Below, piece by piece: positions 1-10,700 of a stretch of 64,000 nucleotides of DNA. Below the pieces are notes generated by a model. That model searched no databases and had not been told where the DNA came from. It worked only from the letters and a program-made list of their open reading frames with translations. Source of the stretch: an uncultured Planctomycetia bacterium (lineage in GTDB: Bacteria > Planctomycetota > Planctomycetia > Pirellulales > PALSA-1355). The stretch covers positions 258,453 to 322,452 of the forward strand of contig CAVOTX010000010.1 of NCBI GenBank assembly GCA_963699445.1, written 5' to 3'. The stretch's first letter is position 1, and each line of letters starts with the position of its first letter. A program made the translations under genes and the position numbers.

Positions 1-722
1 CACGGCCTTGCGAGTCGCTTTGCCCTGCTCGGTCGCGTCGTCGACATAGGTTTGGCCGGTGAAGAATTCGACCTTGGCCAGCTTGAGCTGGGCATCGGTC
101 ATCATCAGCTCGGCGTCGTCGATTGCCAGTTGCTTGGCGGCCGAAATGTTTTTCGGCTTGCCTTTGGGCTGATCGCCGCCGCCGGCTCCCGCGGCCGCTT
201 GCAAGGCGGTCAAATTCTTGCGGTGCAGCTCGATCGATTGCTCGAAGCGTGGCCGGGCCTCTTCGAAGGCGGCGCGCCCCGGACCGAAAAGGCTTCTTTT
301 TTCTCGGTGTCTTTGGCCATCCGGGCCTGACCCAACAGCCGCAGGCCCGCCTTGAACGACATGTCGCCCCACTCGACGACCTCTTCGCCCACCTCGGGCG
401 CGTCGGAATGGTCTTTGAGGTACTTGTCGAGGAAAGTCCTGGCCTTGGCCGTGCGGTCTTCGACCTCTTTTTCGTTGAAGGCCTCGCTGATCGCCATTCG
501 CCAGCCGCGCGACTGATATAGATCCCAATTGGCGGCCACGTCTTCGGGCAGCAAATTGAACTGCTTGAGATAGTCCAGATAGTCGATCGTCACCTCGCCG
601 TAGCCGCGGCGATGCAACTCATCGAGGAACTTCCCGGCCTCTTCCTTGGCCGGCGCCGCCGGCGCGAGCCCGAGCAACAGCGAGGCCACCGACAACCAAC
701 CGAGCAATCGCGTGTGTTTCAT
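1..722 (-). CDS. secreted hypothetical protein, helical/TPR-like; 3' end beyond window edge; one frame break
   Basis: ATG at 722 followed by signal-like MKHTRLLGWLSVASLLLGLAPAAPA (ORF 210..758). After ...MAKDTEKKEAF the sensible reading (...AFEEARPRFEQSIELHRKNLTALQ...LKLAKVEFFTGQTYVDD) continues to position 1 in another minus frame; break near 270-290. Confidence 0.55.
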
Positions 723-1089
723 GCTTTTGGCAACTTGCGGCGAAACGGCAAACGGCACGCCACCGAGCGCTGCGCTCGAACGCGCCCCACGATTTGCTCC
801 GCATCCGTGCCGCGAGACTGAAGGGGATGCGGGGGGTGCCTTGGGGAAATGTTACTGGCTTCTCGGTTCCGGGGTGCCGCCAGCTTCGGCCTGCTTCTCA
901 ACGGATCTCAGCGAAAACACCAACCCTGTCCAGCACTACGCCGGCCGGCGCTGCGCGACTTGCCCGCATTGTTCGAGTCGCCGCGATTCGATTTCGCTGT
1001 GATTCAATTTCGCTGCGGACCCACTTGTCGCTATCAATGGCCTGCGTTTTCGCCGACCGGGCGTCCGGCAGGACGGGTTCGACAGGACC

Positions 1090-2676
1090 CTATTTCTGTT
1101 CGGCCTTCTTCGGCTCTTGACCGTCGAGTTTGTACAGCGGCAGATACCGGTAATAGACTTCCAGGGTCAGACACGACAGGCTGGTCATCATGATCCGGCC
1201 GCCGTGCTCGCCCCAGGTATCTTTGGCCGGCATGGCCGGATCCCAACTCCCCTCGGCGCAGCCCTTGCGCACCTGAGTGTCGATGAGGATCTTGCGCATT
1301 TTGCGGTTCCAGGCGTCCCAATCGTAGCCCGGCACGTTATGCATCACTTGCGTGGCGTAATACCAGTAATAGGTATTGCGCTTGTTGACGTCGGGCATGT
1401 TGGCCATCAGGAAAGCTACGCCCTCGATCATCGCCGGATCCTGCCGCTGCATGCCCAGGTATTGCGAGCAGAGCAAGCCCACGGCGGACATGGTGTCGGT
1501 GGCGCCGCCGGCACGTTCGTAAGCGAACAAGCCGCCCTTGCCCGACGAGCACGCCTTCAGCCACCGCTGAGCCCCTTCCAGCACCGGGGAGGGGACTTCG
1601 AGGCCAGCCATCAACCCGCTCTTGAGCCCCATGACCTGCCAACCGACGACCGACGTATCTCCTTCTTCGCCCGGGTTATACCGCCAGCCGCCCGTGGTTG
1701 GGTGCTGCGCTTTGCAGATGAAGTTGATGGCTTGCTGCGCCGGACCGCCCACGGTCAGATCCTGGCTGAGCCCGTAGGCTTCGCACATGCAAATGGTGGC
1801 CAGGCCGTGGGTGTACATCTTTTGCGGGCTGCCGGCCGACAGATCGCCGTCGGTCTTTTGATTCTTGATCAGCCAGTACAAGCCGGCATAGATATTCTTG
1901 CGGTACGGGCCCTTCGATTTATGCGTTTGGCCGGCGGCCAAAAAGGGGAGCAGCGCCATGGCTGTAGCGCCGGCATCCGATTCGGCCTGGGCGCCACCGG
2001 TGCAGGTTCCGTCCTTGCACCATTTCTTGTAATTGGTCAGGCTCCAATTGCCGTTGGCGGGGTCTTGATGCCGCGCCAGCCAGTTGAGCGCCGCGGCCAC
2101 AGCCCGTTCGCTGGCCTTCGTGCCGCCGTGGCCGAGCATGGCCTTGCGGACGCCAGAGCCGCGCGAGCCGAAGCCTTCGCCCTTGCCGCCGCTGCCCGGC
2201 TTCGTGCTCTCGCCCGAGCCGCCGATGCCGCCCATGTTCTTCAGCGCAGGTCCGGCTCCCATTCCCTTGATCTCGAATCCGGCGCCGCCGCCGAACGAGA
2301 CCTCGGCACTGCCCATGCCGCCGCCGGCTTCCTCGAACGGATCGTTCTCGTTGGTGTTGATCTGCTCGGACACGGTCGGCGTTTCGAGCATCAGCGTGTC
2401 GGTGGTCAATTCCGTCGGCTGGTCGGGCGAATCGCCAAGCTCGAAATGTTCGATCTCCTGCTCCGGCACAACGGGGTCGGAGGCGGCGTCGAACAGATGC
2501 GCGTCGTCTTCCTTCATCGGCGCGACGACCGATCCGACCAAGAGCAGCGCCGTCGACAGGATCACCGCGTGAGCCGTGACGCTGGTGGCCCACCAGAGGC
2601 CCCGTTCTCGGATCCAAGCTTTGAGGTCCTCGACCAGTTCGCTGGGCGATGGAATTTGTGACGCGATTCCCGACAT
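1090..2676 (-). CDS. membrane-anchored prenyltransferase/squalene-oxidase-repeat (terpene-cyclase-like alpha/alpha toroid) protein
   Basis: ORF 1090..2784; likely ATG at 2676 (MSGIASQIPS...). One N-terminal TM helix (LWWATSVTAHAVILSTALLLVGSVV), an acidic/Gly-rich linker, then repeats typical of the prenyltransferase/SQHop-cyclase fold (ALNWLARHQ..NGNW, GGWRYNPGEEGDTSVVGWQVMGL, YYWYYATQVM). No frame break. Confidence 0.75.
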   Translation of the reverse strand: MSGIASQIPSPSELVEDLKAWIRERGLWWATSVTAHAVILSTALLLVGSVVAPMKEDDAHLFDAASDPVVPEQEIEHFELGDSPDQPTELTTDTLMLETPTVSEQINTNENDPFEEAGGGMGSAEVSFGGGAGFEIKGMGAGPALKNMGGIGGSGESTKPGSGGKGEGFGSRGSGVRKAMLGHGGTKASERAVAAALNWLARHQDPANGNWSLTNYKKWCKDGTCTGGAQAESDAGATAMALLPFLAAGQTHKSKGPYRKNIYAGLYWLIKNQKTDGDLSAGSPQKMYTHGLATICMCEAYGLSQDLTVGGPAQQAINFICKAQHPTTGGWRYNPGEEGDTSVVGWQVMGLKSGLMAGLEVPSPVLEGAQRWLKACSSGKGGLFAYERAGGATDTMSAVGLLCSQYLGMQRQDPAMIEGVAFLMANMPDVNKRNTYYWYYATQVMHNVPGYDWDAWNRKMRKILIDTQVRKGCAEGSWDPAMPAKDTWGEHGGRIMMTSLSCLTLEVYYRYLPLYKLDGQEPKKAEQK

Positions 2677-2835
2677 CGACACATCCTCTCTACAGCGAGC
2701 CGCCAGCAGGGGGCCGCCAACCGCCATGGATGCCAGAAACCACAATGCGCCGCCGGGGGCAGGCCGCCAGCGCATTCCCAGCAAAACGTTTTTTCAGAAA
2801 AAACTGGCTCGCTCCCGAGAACGGGCCAGCATTGA

Positions 2836-4306
2836 TTATCTTTCCCGATCCTCGGTCCAGTCAAGTCCGTGGTCCCGCCCCAGCGGCAAACTGTCGCCGG
2901 GGGCGCTGCCATTCAAATCGTGTTCGGCGGCCGATTTTATTTCCGTTTCCCCGGTCTGCGACTCCGCCTGGGCCAGCCAATCCTCGATTTTCAGCCCCGC
3001 TCCTTCTTCCGCCGGCAAGCCGTCGCGGCGCAATAATCCCTTGATTTGCGGGGCGGCGCTGGCTTTTCCACGCCATCTCCAGCCCCAGCGAAGCATGAAC
3101 AACACCAGCATCACCCCGCCCAGGGCGCAGCTCCAGATCCACTCGTCCTTGTTCCGCTCAAGCACCGGGGTGGGGTGGTAAATCATCCGCCCAATCAGGA
3201 TCGGGGCCTTGATTTTCGTCCCCTTGCCGTCCAGATAAACGAAAGTCTTGAGGAAATATCCAACAAATGTCCCCTCTTCGTACACGATGTCGCCGATGGG
3301 CATTCCCTCGGGCAGGTCGACGAAGATGCACGCATAGAACCAGGCCTGGGACGCATCGTTCCAGCCGATCGCCTCGTAGTAGTGCTGAATTTCGACCGGA
3401 ATGTCCGGCGGAGCATCTTCGCCGCACCCGACGGATGTGCAGATTCACCTTCAATAAGTCGCCGCGATAGTCTTGCGGGCGATCGAGCAGGTCGCCGAAG
3501 CGGACGTCGCTGCGGGCGCGCTTGAGCATCTGCTCGGCATCCTGCGATTGCGACCAGCGCAACAAACGCCAATAGGCGAACATCTCTTCCTTCCCCAACG
3601 GCGTGCGGTCCGAGATCGCCTCGGACTCGTGCTCGAACTCGCGACGCTCCTGCTCGTCTTCGTCCAGCGGCGCGGGTTCGATGACGGGTTTCTGCGGCTC
3701 TTTTCCGGGATCCAAAAAAGTGTCCGGATTGGCAGGCAAATGGGGGCGGAAGAGCGGTGCGGCGGGCGGGGCGGCAGGCGGTGCCGATTCGTCCTTGGCG
3801 GCGGTATCCGTTTCGCTTTCCGCCGCCGGCGAACCCGTGGCGGTCTCCGGCTTCGGTTCGGCGGTTTCGGGCTTCGGGTCGGCGGTCTCCGATTTCGCTG
3901 TGGGATTCAATTCGGCCTGCACGGCCGCGGGGGCTAAACCGGTCGCTCCCGCCGGCGGATCGGATGGCGTCTGGTTCGGCGATTTATCGGGGGCCGGATC
4001 GGCGGGCGCCGGTGGCCCGAACGCCATCGCCAACTCGGCGTCCGCTTCCGGCGCGGCAACGACGACGGAGCCGGGCGGCTGGAACGCCCGATGCGGCCGG
4101 AGCCGGGGCTTGTGAGGCACGGTATCGGCGGCGGCCGCTTGATCGAGGTTCGCCGGTTCGCCGGTAAAGAATCGCCAGGTGTCGCGATCGCTCGCCCGGC
4201 GAAACATCATCGCCAGCACGAGAAGCATCACGATCATCGACATCAGCCGCGGCAGTTCGGACCCGCGGAAAAGCCCTGCCTGTCGGCGATCACGAAACCG
4301 TCGCAT
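2836..4306 (-). CDS. membrane-anchored Pro/Glu/Ala-rich protein (TonB-like layout, not a recognisable TonB C-domain); one frame break
   Basis: ATG at 4306 (MRRFRDRRQAGLF...), TM helix MSMIVMLLVLAMMF, Pro-rich spacer with DPKPETAEPKPETA, then a conserved-looking region. The frame changes near 3425-3440 (ORF 3158..4411 to ORF 2836..3303: ...DAPPDIPVEIQHYYEAIGWNDASQAWFYACIFVDLPEGMPIGDIVYEEG...). A second TM follows (WIWSCALGGVMLVLFML). Confidence 0.6.
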
Positions 4307-4490
4307 GACTGGGGATTCCTGAAACAGTTTGGCTCGATGTGCCCCGCTTTCGACGGACGAGACGAGGGCGGGCCGCAGCAAGATTCCTCTTGGATATAGT
4401 ATAGAGCACAAGGCCGAAAAATGCGCAGCGGTTGCGTGAGCGGGAAAATGCTGCGCCCGGCAGGCCCCCGGTTATCAAGGGCTGGCGCCG

Positions 4491-4996
4491 TCAGCCGGAT
4501 CGATCCGCCACTTCGACAAAACTGAGGTTCTTCAATTCCTCGCCGCTGGCGAGCCTTTGCCGGCTGCAAACGTCGATCACGCTCATCAGCGCATCGTACC
4601 GCAAGCCGGAGCCGACTTGGATCACGACTTGCCGAAAGGGCATGCCGGGATCTGCCAGCAGCCTGGACAGGCGTCGCTCCAATCGCGGCAAGCTGTCGAC
4701 GGGCCGGCCGCCAACGTGCATCGTGCCGATGGCCCCGTCGTCGCCGGAGAGCACCTCAATGACGAGCGTCGTCAGGTTGGCGAGCGGATCGACGGAATCC
4801 GGCTTTGTTCCCACGGTCGTGCCACTGTTTGGCGTCGCAGAGTGCGGAGGCGGCATTCGCAAGTCGATCCGGCCTTCGAGCGGGGCGGGACGGAAGGTGA
4901 GGATGAAAAACGTGAGCAACTGAAACGCCATGTCGAGCATGGCGGCCAGGTTCAGCTCGACACTTTCCAGCGACTTGCGCCGCGCGGCCTGCCCAT
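4491..4996 (-). CDS. ExbD/TolR-family biopolymer transport protein (copy 1)
   Basis: ...KSLESVELNLAAMLDMAFQLLTFFILTF... closely parallels the paralog at 5157..5675. The ATG at 4996 is one nt out of frame with the conserved body, so either a 5'-proximal indel or a non-ATG start. Confidence 0.8.
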
Positions 4997-5156
4997 GAAT
5001 GCCACCTCCCGATTGCCGCAAAATTCCACCCAGTGGTTCGCGCCGGTGGCGGCCGGTTATTCCGCAGCGCGGCGACAAGATCGCGACGAGCGCGAGAGAG
5101 CGGCGGCAGGCAGAAGGCAGAATCACCGAGTGGCCATCCGAGCGGCAGTGCCGCTC

Positions 5157-5675
5157 CTACTCGGTCACCATTTCGACGAAGCTGAGCTTGGTCAGCGGCT
5201 TGGGCGTACCATCTTTGCCCTTGATCACCTGCCGGGTGCAAACGTCGACGACGCTCATCAGCGCAGCGTACGTCAGCCTCGAATCGACGTGGATCAGCAC
5301 CTGGTCCTTCGGCGACGCATCGACGCCGAAAATGCTTTGCAGCTTGGCGTCGAGCCGCGGCAACGTTGCCACAAGGTCTTGCTCGACTTGCATCGATGCT
5401 ATGCTGCCGTCCTTGGGATTCGCGGCCAAGCTGACCACCAGCGTGTTGAGTCCCTGGAGCGGATCGGTGTTGGACGTGTCTTCGCCGGCCTTTTTTCCGC
5501 CGGCAATCGGCGTGATCGATTGCGGCGGCGGCATGCGCAAATTGATCTGGCCTTCGACCGGCGCCGGCTTGAAGGTCAGGATGAAGAACGTCAGCAACTG
5601 GAACGCCATGTCGAGCATGGCGGCCAGATTCAGCTCGACGGCCTCCAGCGACTTGCGTTTCTTTCGCCGGCTCAT
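5157..5675 (-). CDS. ExbD/TolR-family biopolymer transport protein (copy 2)
   Basis: Intact 172-aa ORF, ATG at 5675: MSRRKKRKSLEAVELNLAAMLDMAFQLLTFFILTFKP..., with the ExbD N-terminal TM and periplasmic domain pattern. Confidence 0.9.
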   Translation of the reverse strand: MSRRKKRKSLEAVELNLAAMLDMAFQLLTFFILTFKPAPVEGQINLRMPPPQSITPIAGGKKAGEDTSNTDPLQGLNTLVVSLAANPKDGSIASMQVEQDLVATLPRLDAKLQSIFGVDASPKDQVLIHVDSRLTYAALMSVVDVCTRQVIKGKDGTPKPLTKLSFVEMVTE

Positions 5676-5742
5676 CTATGCTCGCATCCTCATGTCTGGA
5701 ATTCGCTTTAGGTGGCCGCTGGACCGATCCGCTGCGCAAGCG

Positions 5743-6232
5743 TCAGGTGCCTTCCTTGTTCATGGCCTTCAGGGCGAAGTTTCGGAAGCCGTTGTCCTGA
5801 CAGGCCTTGATCAGGCGATTGAGCAGCTTGAAGGGAGTGGCTTGATCGGCCCGAATCACCACGATCGAAGGCAGCTCCTCGCCGGGCTTGAGGTCCGTTC
5901 CCTCTCGCCGATTAGATCCAGAGCTGCCCACGGCCTCGCTGCGCGATGTACTTTTCGATGTCGGGCTTTTCGCTGCCGTAGACTGCAGCATGCCATGCGA
6001 ATCGATGTTCAGCACCACCAGCTCCTCTAGTCCCCCTGGTGATCCACCATGCGGGCGGAGCCGACGACCGGGAGCTTCAGGTTCAGGTCCATGGACGCGA
6101 CTTGAAGTTGATCACCAGCATGAAAAAGGTGACCAACTGGAACACCATGTCCAGCATGGGCGTCAGATTCGGTTCCGCGTTGGCTGCGGTGGCAAGAGAG
6201 CCGGACATCGATACATGTTCCTCAGGTGACAT
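5743..6232 (-). pseudogene. ExbD/TolR-family protein (copy 3), two frame breaks as assembled
   Basis: N-terminus in ORF 6083..6385 (...EPNLTPMLDMVFQLVTFFMLVINFKS), middle piece SMDLNLKLPVVGSARMVDHQG in a second frame, C-terminus in ORF 5743..6018 (...LEELVVLNIDSHGMLQ...IVVIRADQATPFKLLNRLIKACQDNGF). Breaks near 6090 and 6025. Confidence 0.75.
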
Positions 6233-6303
6233 CCCGTCGCGCACGTCCCCGATTCGATCGTAGCCCCGGGGCGCGGCGAACTGCTTGTTTTCGCCCGGCC
6301 CTG

Positions 6304-7135
6304 CTAAGCTTTGGTCGCCTTGGCTGCGGCGGCGGTGGCGGCGGCCGCCGGCAGTCGCCGGCCGGGGCCTTGCTGCGGGCGGCATGGGCGAAATGGCGCA
6401 GGAACTGGTCGGCCTGCAGCATCGCCGTCACGGAGATCACCGACGACGCGGTTGCGGAACAGGGCAAAGAAGTAAATCGCCGGCACCGACAAGGCCACGC
6501 CTTCGAACGTCAGCAGCAGGGCTTCGGAAATACCGCCGGCCACCTGGCTGGCTTTCAATTGCGTGTCGCTCATGGCGATCACGCTGAAGCTGGCGATCAT
6601 TCCCTTGAGCGTGCCCAACAGCCCGATCATCGGCCCCAGCGTGCCGAGCACGGCCAGCATGCTGATTTTCTTTTCCATCTCGACGCTGAGCGATTCGCCT
6701 TGAGCGCTCCATCACGTCGCGGGCTTCGGCCAGGCCGTTGGGCAATTCGGCGATGCCCGTCGACAGCACGCGGCTATAGAACGAAGGGTCGTCTTTGACC
6801 ACGCCATAGACCTCTTTGAACTGCCGCTTCTGCAGCATGTCTTCGACCTCGTCCACGATTTCCGGCGGAGCCGCGACGATCGGCCGCAATTCGATGAACA
6901 GGCGGCAGACCGTGGAGACGAAGTAGATGCTGAGCAACAAGATGACCAGGCCGATGAAACCCGACGATTCGATCACCCACCAGACTCTGCTTTTGGATTC
7001 GGCCGGGGCCGCGCCTTCCTTCGCCGCCTCCTCTTGAGCCCAGGCCAGTGCCGGCGTGAATCCGCAGATCAAGATCACACCGACGAGCAGCGCCAGTGCC
7101 AACCAAATGTATCGTGGCCGAACGTTCCCTAGCAT
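6304..7135 (-). pseudogene. MotA/TolQ/ExbB-family proton channel, at least three frame breaks as assembled
   Basis: ATG at 7135. N-terminal part in ORF 6437..7135; channel core in ORF 6304..6678 (MLAVLGTLGPMIGLLGTLKGMIASF...GGISEALLLTFEGVALSVPAIYFFALFRNRV); the tail alternates with ORF 6222..6467. First gene of the exbB-exbD-exbD-exbD run. Confidence 0.8.
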
Positions 7136-7818
7136 ACCGAGTGCTCTCCTCTGAGTTTATGCGCCGCCTTGGCGCCGTCCAGGTAATCCAAAATCGACTG
7201 TCTTAACCAGCGCGGCCATGCAGGCCGGAAAGGTCCATCTTAAATCACCGTTTGGGGGAGATAAAGTGCCCGCCAGCGCGATTGGCAACCTTAGTAATAT
7301 GCGGTGCCCGGATTCGAGGCCGCATCTCGGCGGCCCGCTCGATTGCCGGCAGCCGCGGCGACAGGTGCCCAATGATTCGCCGCCCAGCGGGACGATTATT
7401 GCCATTTTCCGCTGGAAAGCTGAAAAAACTCGCCGTGGGGCAAGCATTCGGGCGATGGAGCGACGTCTGGGCGGCGCGAAATCGAGCCGCTCCGGCCGCT
7501 TTTCGACGGCCGCGCCCCGGCCGTCTCCACTCGGTTGCCTCCGCTTGGAGGGCCAGACGAGGGGCAGCCAAGCCGGATTGACGCAGCTTGGGGCAAATGG
7601 CTATAAGCACCCTGCGCCGCTGGCAGATACGAACCGCGGCCCCTCGCGCGTGCGCGGCTGCGCCTGGGGCGAAGCGTTCGATGCGCCGCCGGCCACCTGC
7701 GCTTGTTAAAAAAACGGGCGTTGGAAAGCGCGGACTTGCGATCGCGCTGGGATCCGCGAGAATCCTCCGTCACGGCTCGGTGCCTGCCCTCGTCCTACCA
7801 CGGCCAATCAGGGGTTTC

Positions 7819-9002
7819 ATGAGCCTGCTTGCACGCTATGTTCTGAGCGAAGTCTTGCAGGTGTTCGTGCTGGTCGTGACCGCGCTCACGGTGCTCTTGC
7901 TGCTGTTTGGCATCGGCAAAGAGGCGTTCGAACACGGACTAGGCATTGGCCCGATCGTGCGGCTCATGCCGTACATCCTGCCCAAGGCCCTGTTGTTCGC
8001 CGTGCCGGCCACGGTCTTGTTTGCCGTCACCAGCGTGTTCGGCCGGATGTCGGCTGCCGGCGAGATCGTGGCGCTCAAGGCGCTGGGCATCAGCCCGACC
8101 GGGATCCTGCTACCCATCGGCCGCGCTGGCCATCGTGCTCAGCTTGCTGACCTTCTGGCTCAACGACATCGCGTTCTCGTGGAGCGAGCAGGGTATCAAA
8201 CGGGTGGTCATCGATGCGGTGGAAGAAATCGCCTACAGCGTGCTGCGCACGCAGGCGCTGCTATAGCTCGCCGCAATTCTCGGTCAACGTCAAACGGGTC
8301 GAAGGTCACAAGCTGATCACACCGACGTTTTCGTTCCAGTCCAATGCCGACTCGCCGCCCGTCATCGTCAGGGCCAGGGAGGCGGAGTTGAAATCGGATC
8401 CGGGCTCCGGCGTGCTCAACGTGATCTGCCGCGACGGCATCATCGAGATGGACGGCAGTTCCTTCGAGTTCTCCGACACATTTGAGCGGGAAATCCGCCT
8501 GATGGATGCCGGCGAGAGCCGCCGGCGAAAGCCCGTCGCGGATGCGGCTGAGCGTGCTGCCCGAGCGCACGGCCCGCCAGATCGTGTTGATCGAGCGACT
8601 GGAACAACAGCAGGCGGCCGGCGCCGCCTTTGCCCTGACCGGCGGCGATTTCCTGAGGCTGGTTGGCCCGGTGGCCGCGCAGCGGCAGAACACGTTATCG
8701 CAAGCCCGCTCGACCTTGCACCGCATGCGGCACCGAGCCGCCGCGCCGCTGGGCGAACGGCTTCAGTTGCCTGTGTTTCGCGCTGGTCGGAGTGCCGATG
8801 GCCATCTTGCGCGCGCCACTCCGACATTTGGGCCACCTTCTTCGTCTGCTTCCTGCCGATCCTGCTGGTCTATTACCCGATGATGATGTTCGCCGTGGAT
8901 CGGGCCAAAGCCGGCGCGCTGCCGCCGGCCACGGTGTGGTTGGGCAACATCGTGCTGGCCCTTTGGGGCGGCTGGCTCTTCCGCCGCGTGTATCGGTACT
9001 AG
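7819..9002 (+). pseudogene. LptF/LptG (YjgP/YjgQ)-family permease, five frame breaks as assembled
   Basis: ATG at 7819 (MSLLARYVLSEVLQVFVLVVTALTVLLLLF...). The reading passes through frames 1>2>3>1>2>3 with breaks near 8120, 8255, 8525, 8730 and 8815. It ends ...FFVCFLPILLVYYPMMMFAVDRAKAGALPPATVWLGNIVLALWGGWLFRRV. Confidence 0.75.
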
Positions 9003-9077
9003 CGAATTTTCGGGAACCTGCTCGGAGGGGTCGCCGCGCCGGTTCTCGAACAGGCCTTCAGCCCGACCGGCCGCGCG

Positions 9078-10433
9078 TCACACTTCGATCCGCTTCCAGC
9101 CGCCGTGCTCGAATCGCCAGACGACGAGCAGGCAGCGGACTCCGAGATCCACGGCCATGGCGATCCAGGCACCGCGCACGCCCCAGTCCCCATGAATCGC
9201 CAGCCACCAGGCAAGCGGCAAGCGTACGCCCACAAAGCCGATGAACGTGAAGGCCAGCGGCCAGCGCGTGTCTCCGGCCCCGCGCAGCGCACCGGTGAGC
9301 ACTTGCAACAAGCCGAGCGGCACGAGCGGCAAGCGCCACGATGCGCAATAAACTCGCGGCCAACTGAGCCACCGCTTCTTGCTCGGCCGACACGAACCAG
9401 CCGGCCAGCCAGTCGCCGCCCAGAAATAGCCCGACCGTCGCGGCGAACATCAATGTCAGGTTGCAAGCGCCGGCCAGCCGCACGCTACGCATCGCCCGGC
9501 GCGAATCGCCCGCGCCCAGGAACTGCCCGACCAGCGTGCCGGCCGCCACCTGAAATGCATAGCCCGGCAGATAGGCGAACGATTCCATGCGCAGCGCCAC
9601 GCCATGCGCCGCTACGGCCAGCGTGCCCAACTGGTTGATCAGAGCCAGGAAGATCAACTGCAAGCTGATCAGCGACATCACGTCGGCCCCGCCGGGCAGC
9701 CCGATCCGCAGCAATCGCCGGATTAGGCCCAGGTCGGGTCGCATCAAATGCCAGCGCAGCTTGAGCCCCGCCCGGCCCCGCGACAGCACGGCCAGCGGCA
9801 CCAATCCACCGATGGCAAAACCGACCGATGTGCCGATCGCCACCCCATCCCAGCCGAGCCGCGGCAAAGGCCCCAGGCCCAGCAGCAGCGACCAGCTCAA
9901 GGCGATGTTCGTGGCATTGACCAACACCATCGAGACCAGGCCGGTGACCATATCGCCGGCCCCGTGCAGGCAGGCAATGATGACCGCCTGGAGCATGATG
10001 GCCGGCAGCATCGGCAGCAGGAATCGCAGATAGCGGCTCGCCAGGTCGGCCGCCTCGCCTTCCAGTTGCAGGGCCCAAACCAATCGTTCGCCCAGGGCCA
10101 GCGAGACCGCCGTGACGACCAGCGCCAGCACCGTGCCCACCAGCAGCGACTGATTCGTCACGCGGTTGGCCGCTTCGTAGTCGCCAGCGCCGATGAACCG
10201 GGCCACCATTGCGGTCGAGCCAATGGCGATCACCGAGAACAGGCCGCTAAAGGCCCAGAGCAAATAAGCCAGAGCGTCATCGCCGCCAGATGCGATTCGC
10301 TGAGGTAATGCCCGGCCAGCAGCGTGTCGGAGAATCCGACCAGCATGGCCAGCACTTGCTCGGCCAAAACCGGGCAAGCCAGCATCAAGAGCGGGCGCAG
10401 AATGCCAGGGCTATGAACGAGGGGCGAACGCAC
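9078..10433 (-). pseudogene. MATE-family efflux transporter, two frame breaks as assembled
   Basis: N-terminus ...LRPLLMLACPVLAEQVLAMLVGFSDTLLAGHY (ORF 10230..10649; candidate GTG start at 10433), body in ORF 9058..10377, C-terminus in ORF 9078..9332 (PLGLLQVLTGALRGAGDTRWPL...). Breaks near 10265 and 9335. Start uncertain. Confidence 0.8.
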
Positions 10434-10700
10434 GGAGGAGAGGAGTTCGAGGTTAGGGGGGAGCGAGCCGTAGAGTTTGTCTCCACGCTGCTCGGGCCGG
10501 AGTCCCGGTTGACAAACCACCAATCCACAGTTGCCTGACCAAGCGCGGGCAGCAGTTCTTTTTCTCGCCGCCCGAACGGCCGAGAACCATAAACGAAACA
10601 AAAGGCCGAGGGACCACGCGTGTCCCTCGGCCTTGAATAGGATTTGCAAAAACCGGCCCGAAAACTACGGGCATTTCGCTTGCGCGAACCACTCCGTCGC

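Noticed and set aside
1117-2661. Long ORFs antisense to, or out of frame with, recognisable genes. Examples: 1117..2661(+), 15043..16533(+), 18903..20639(+), 21252..22265(+), 30263..32107(-), 33278..34531(-), 40448..41749(+), 42654..44645(+), 46486..47556(-), 47640..48704(-), 58715..60799(+), 60721..62340(+), 62196..63995(-).
   Set aside because: Arg/Ala/Gly/Pro-rich, low-complexity translations typical of stop-poor alternative frames in GC-rich DNA. Each overlaps a gene with clear family motifs on the other strand or in another frame.
6304-7135. The ExbB-like gene (6304-7135) and motA (50757-51627) as a recent duplication or repeat.
   Set aside because: They share only the family-level channel motif. 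The sequences and contexts (ExbD partners versus MotB partner) are different.
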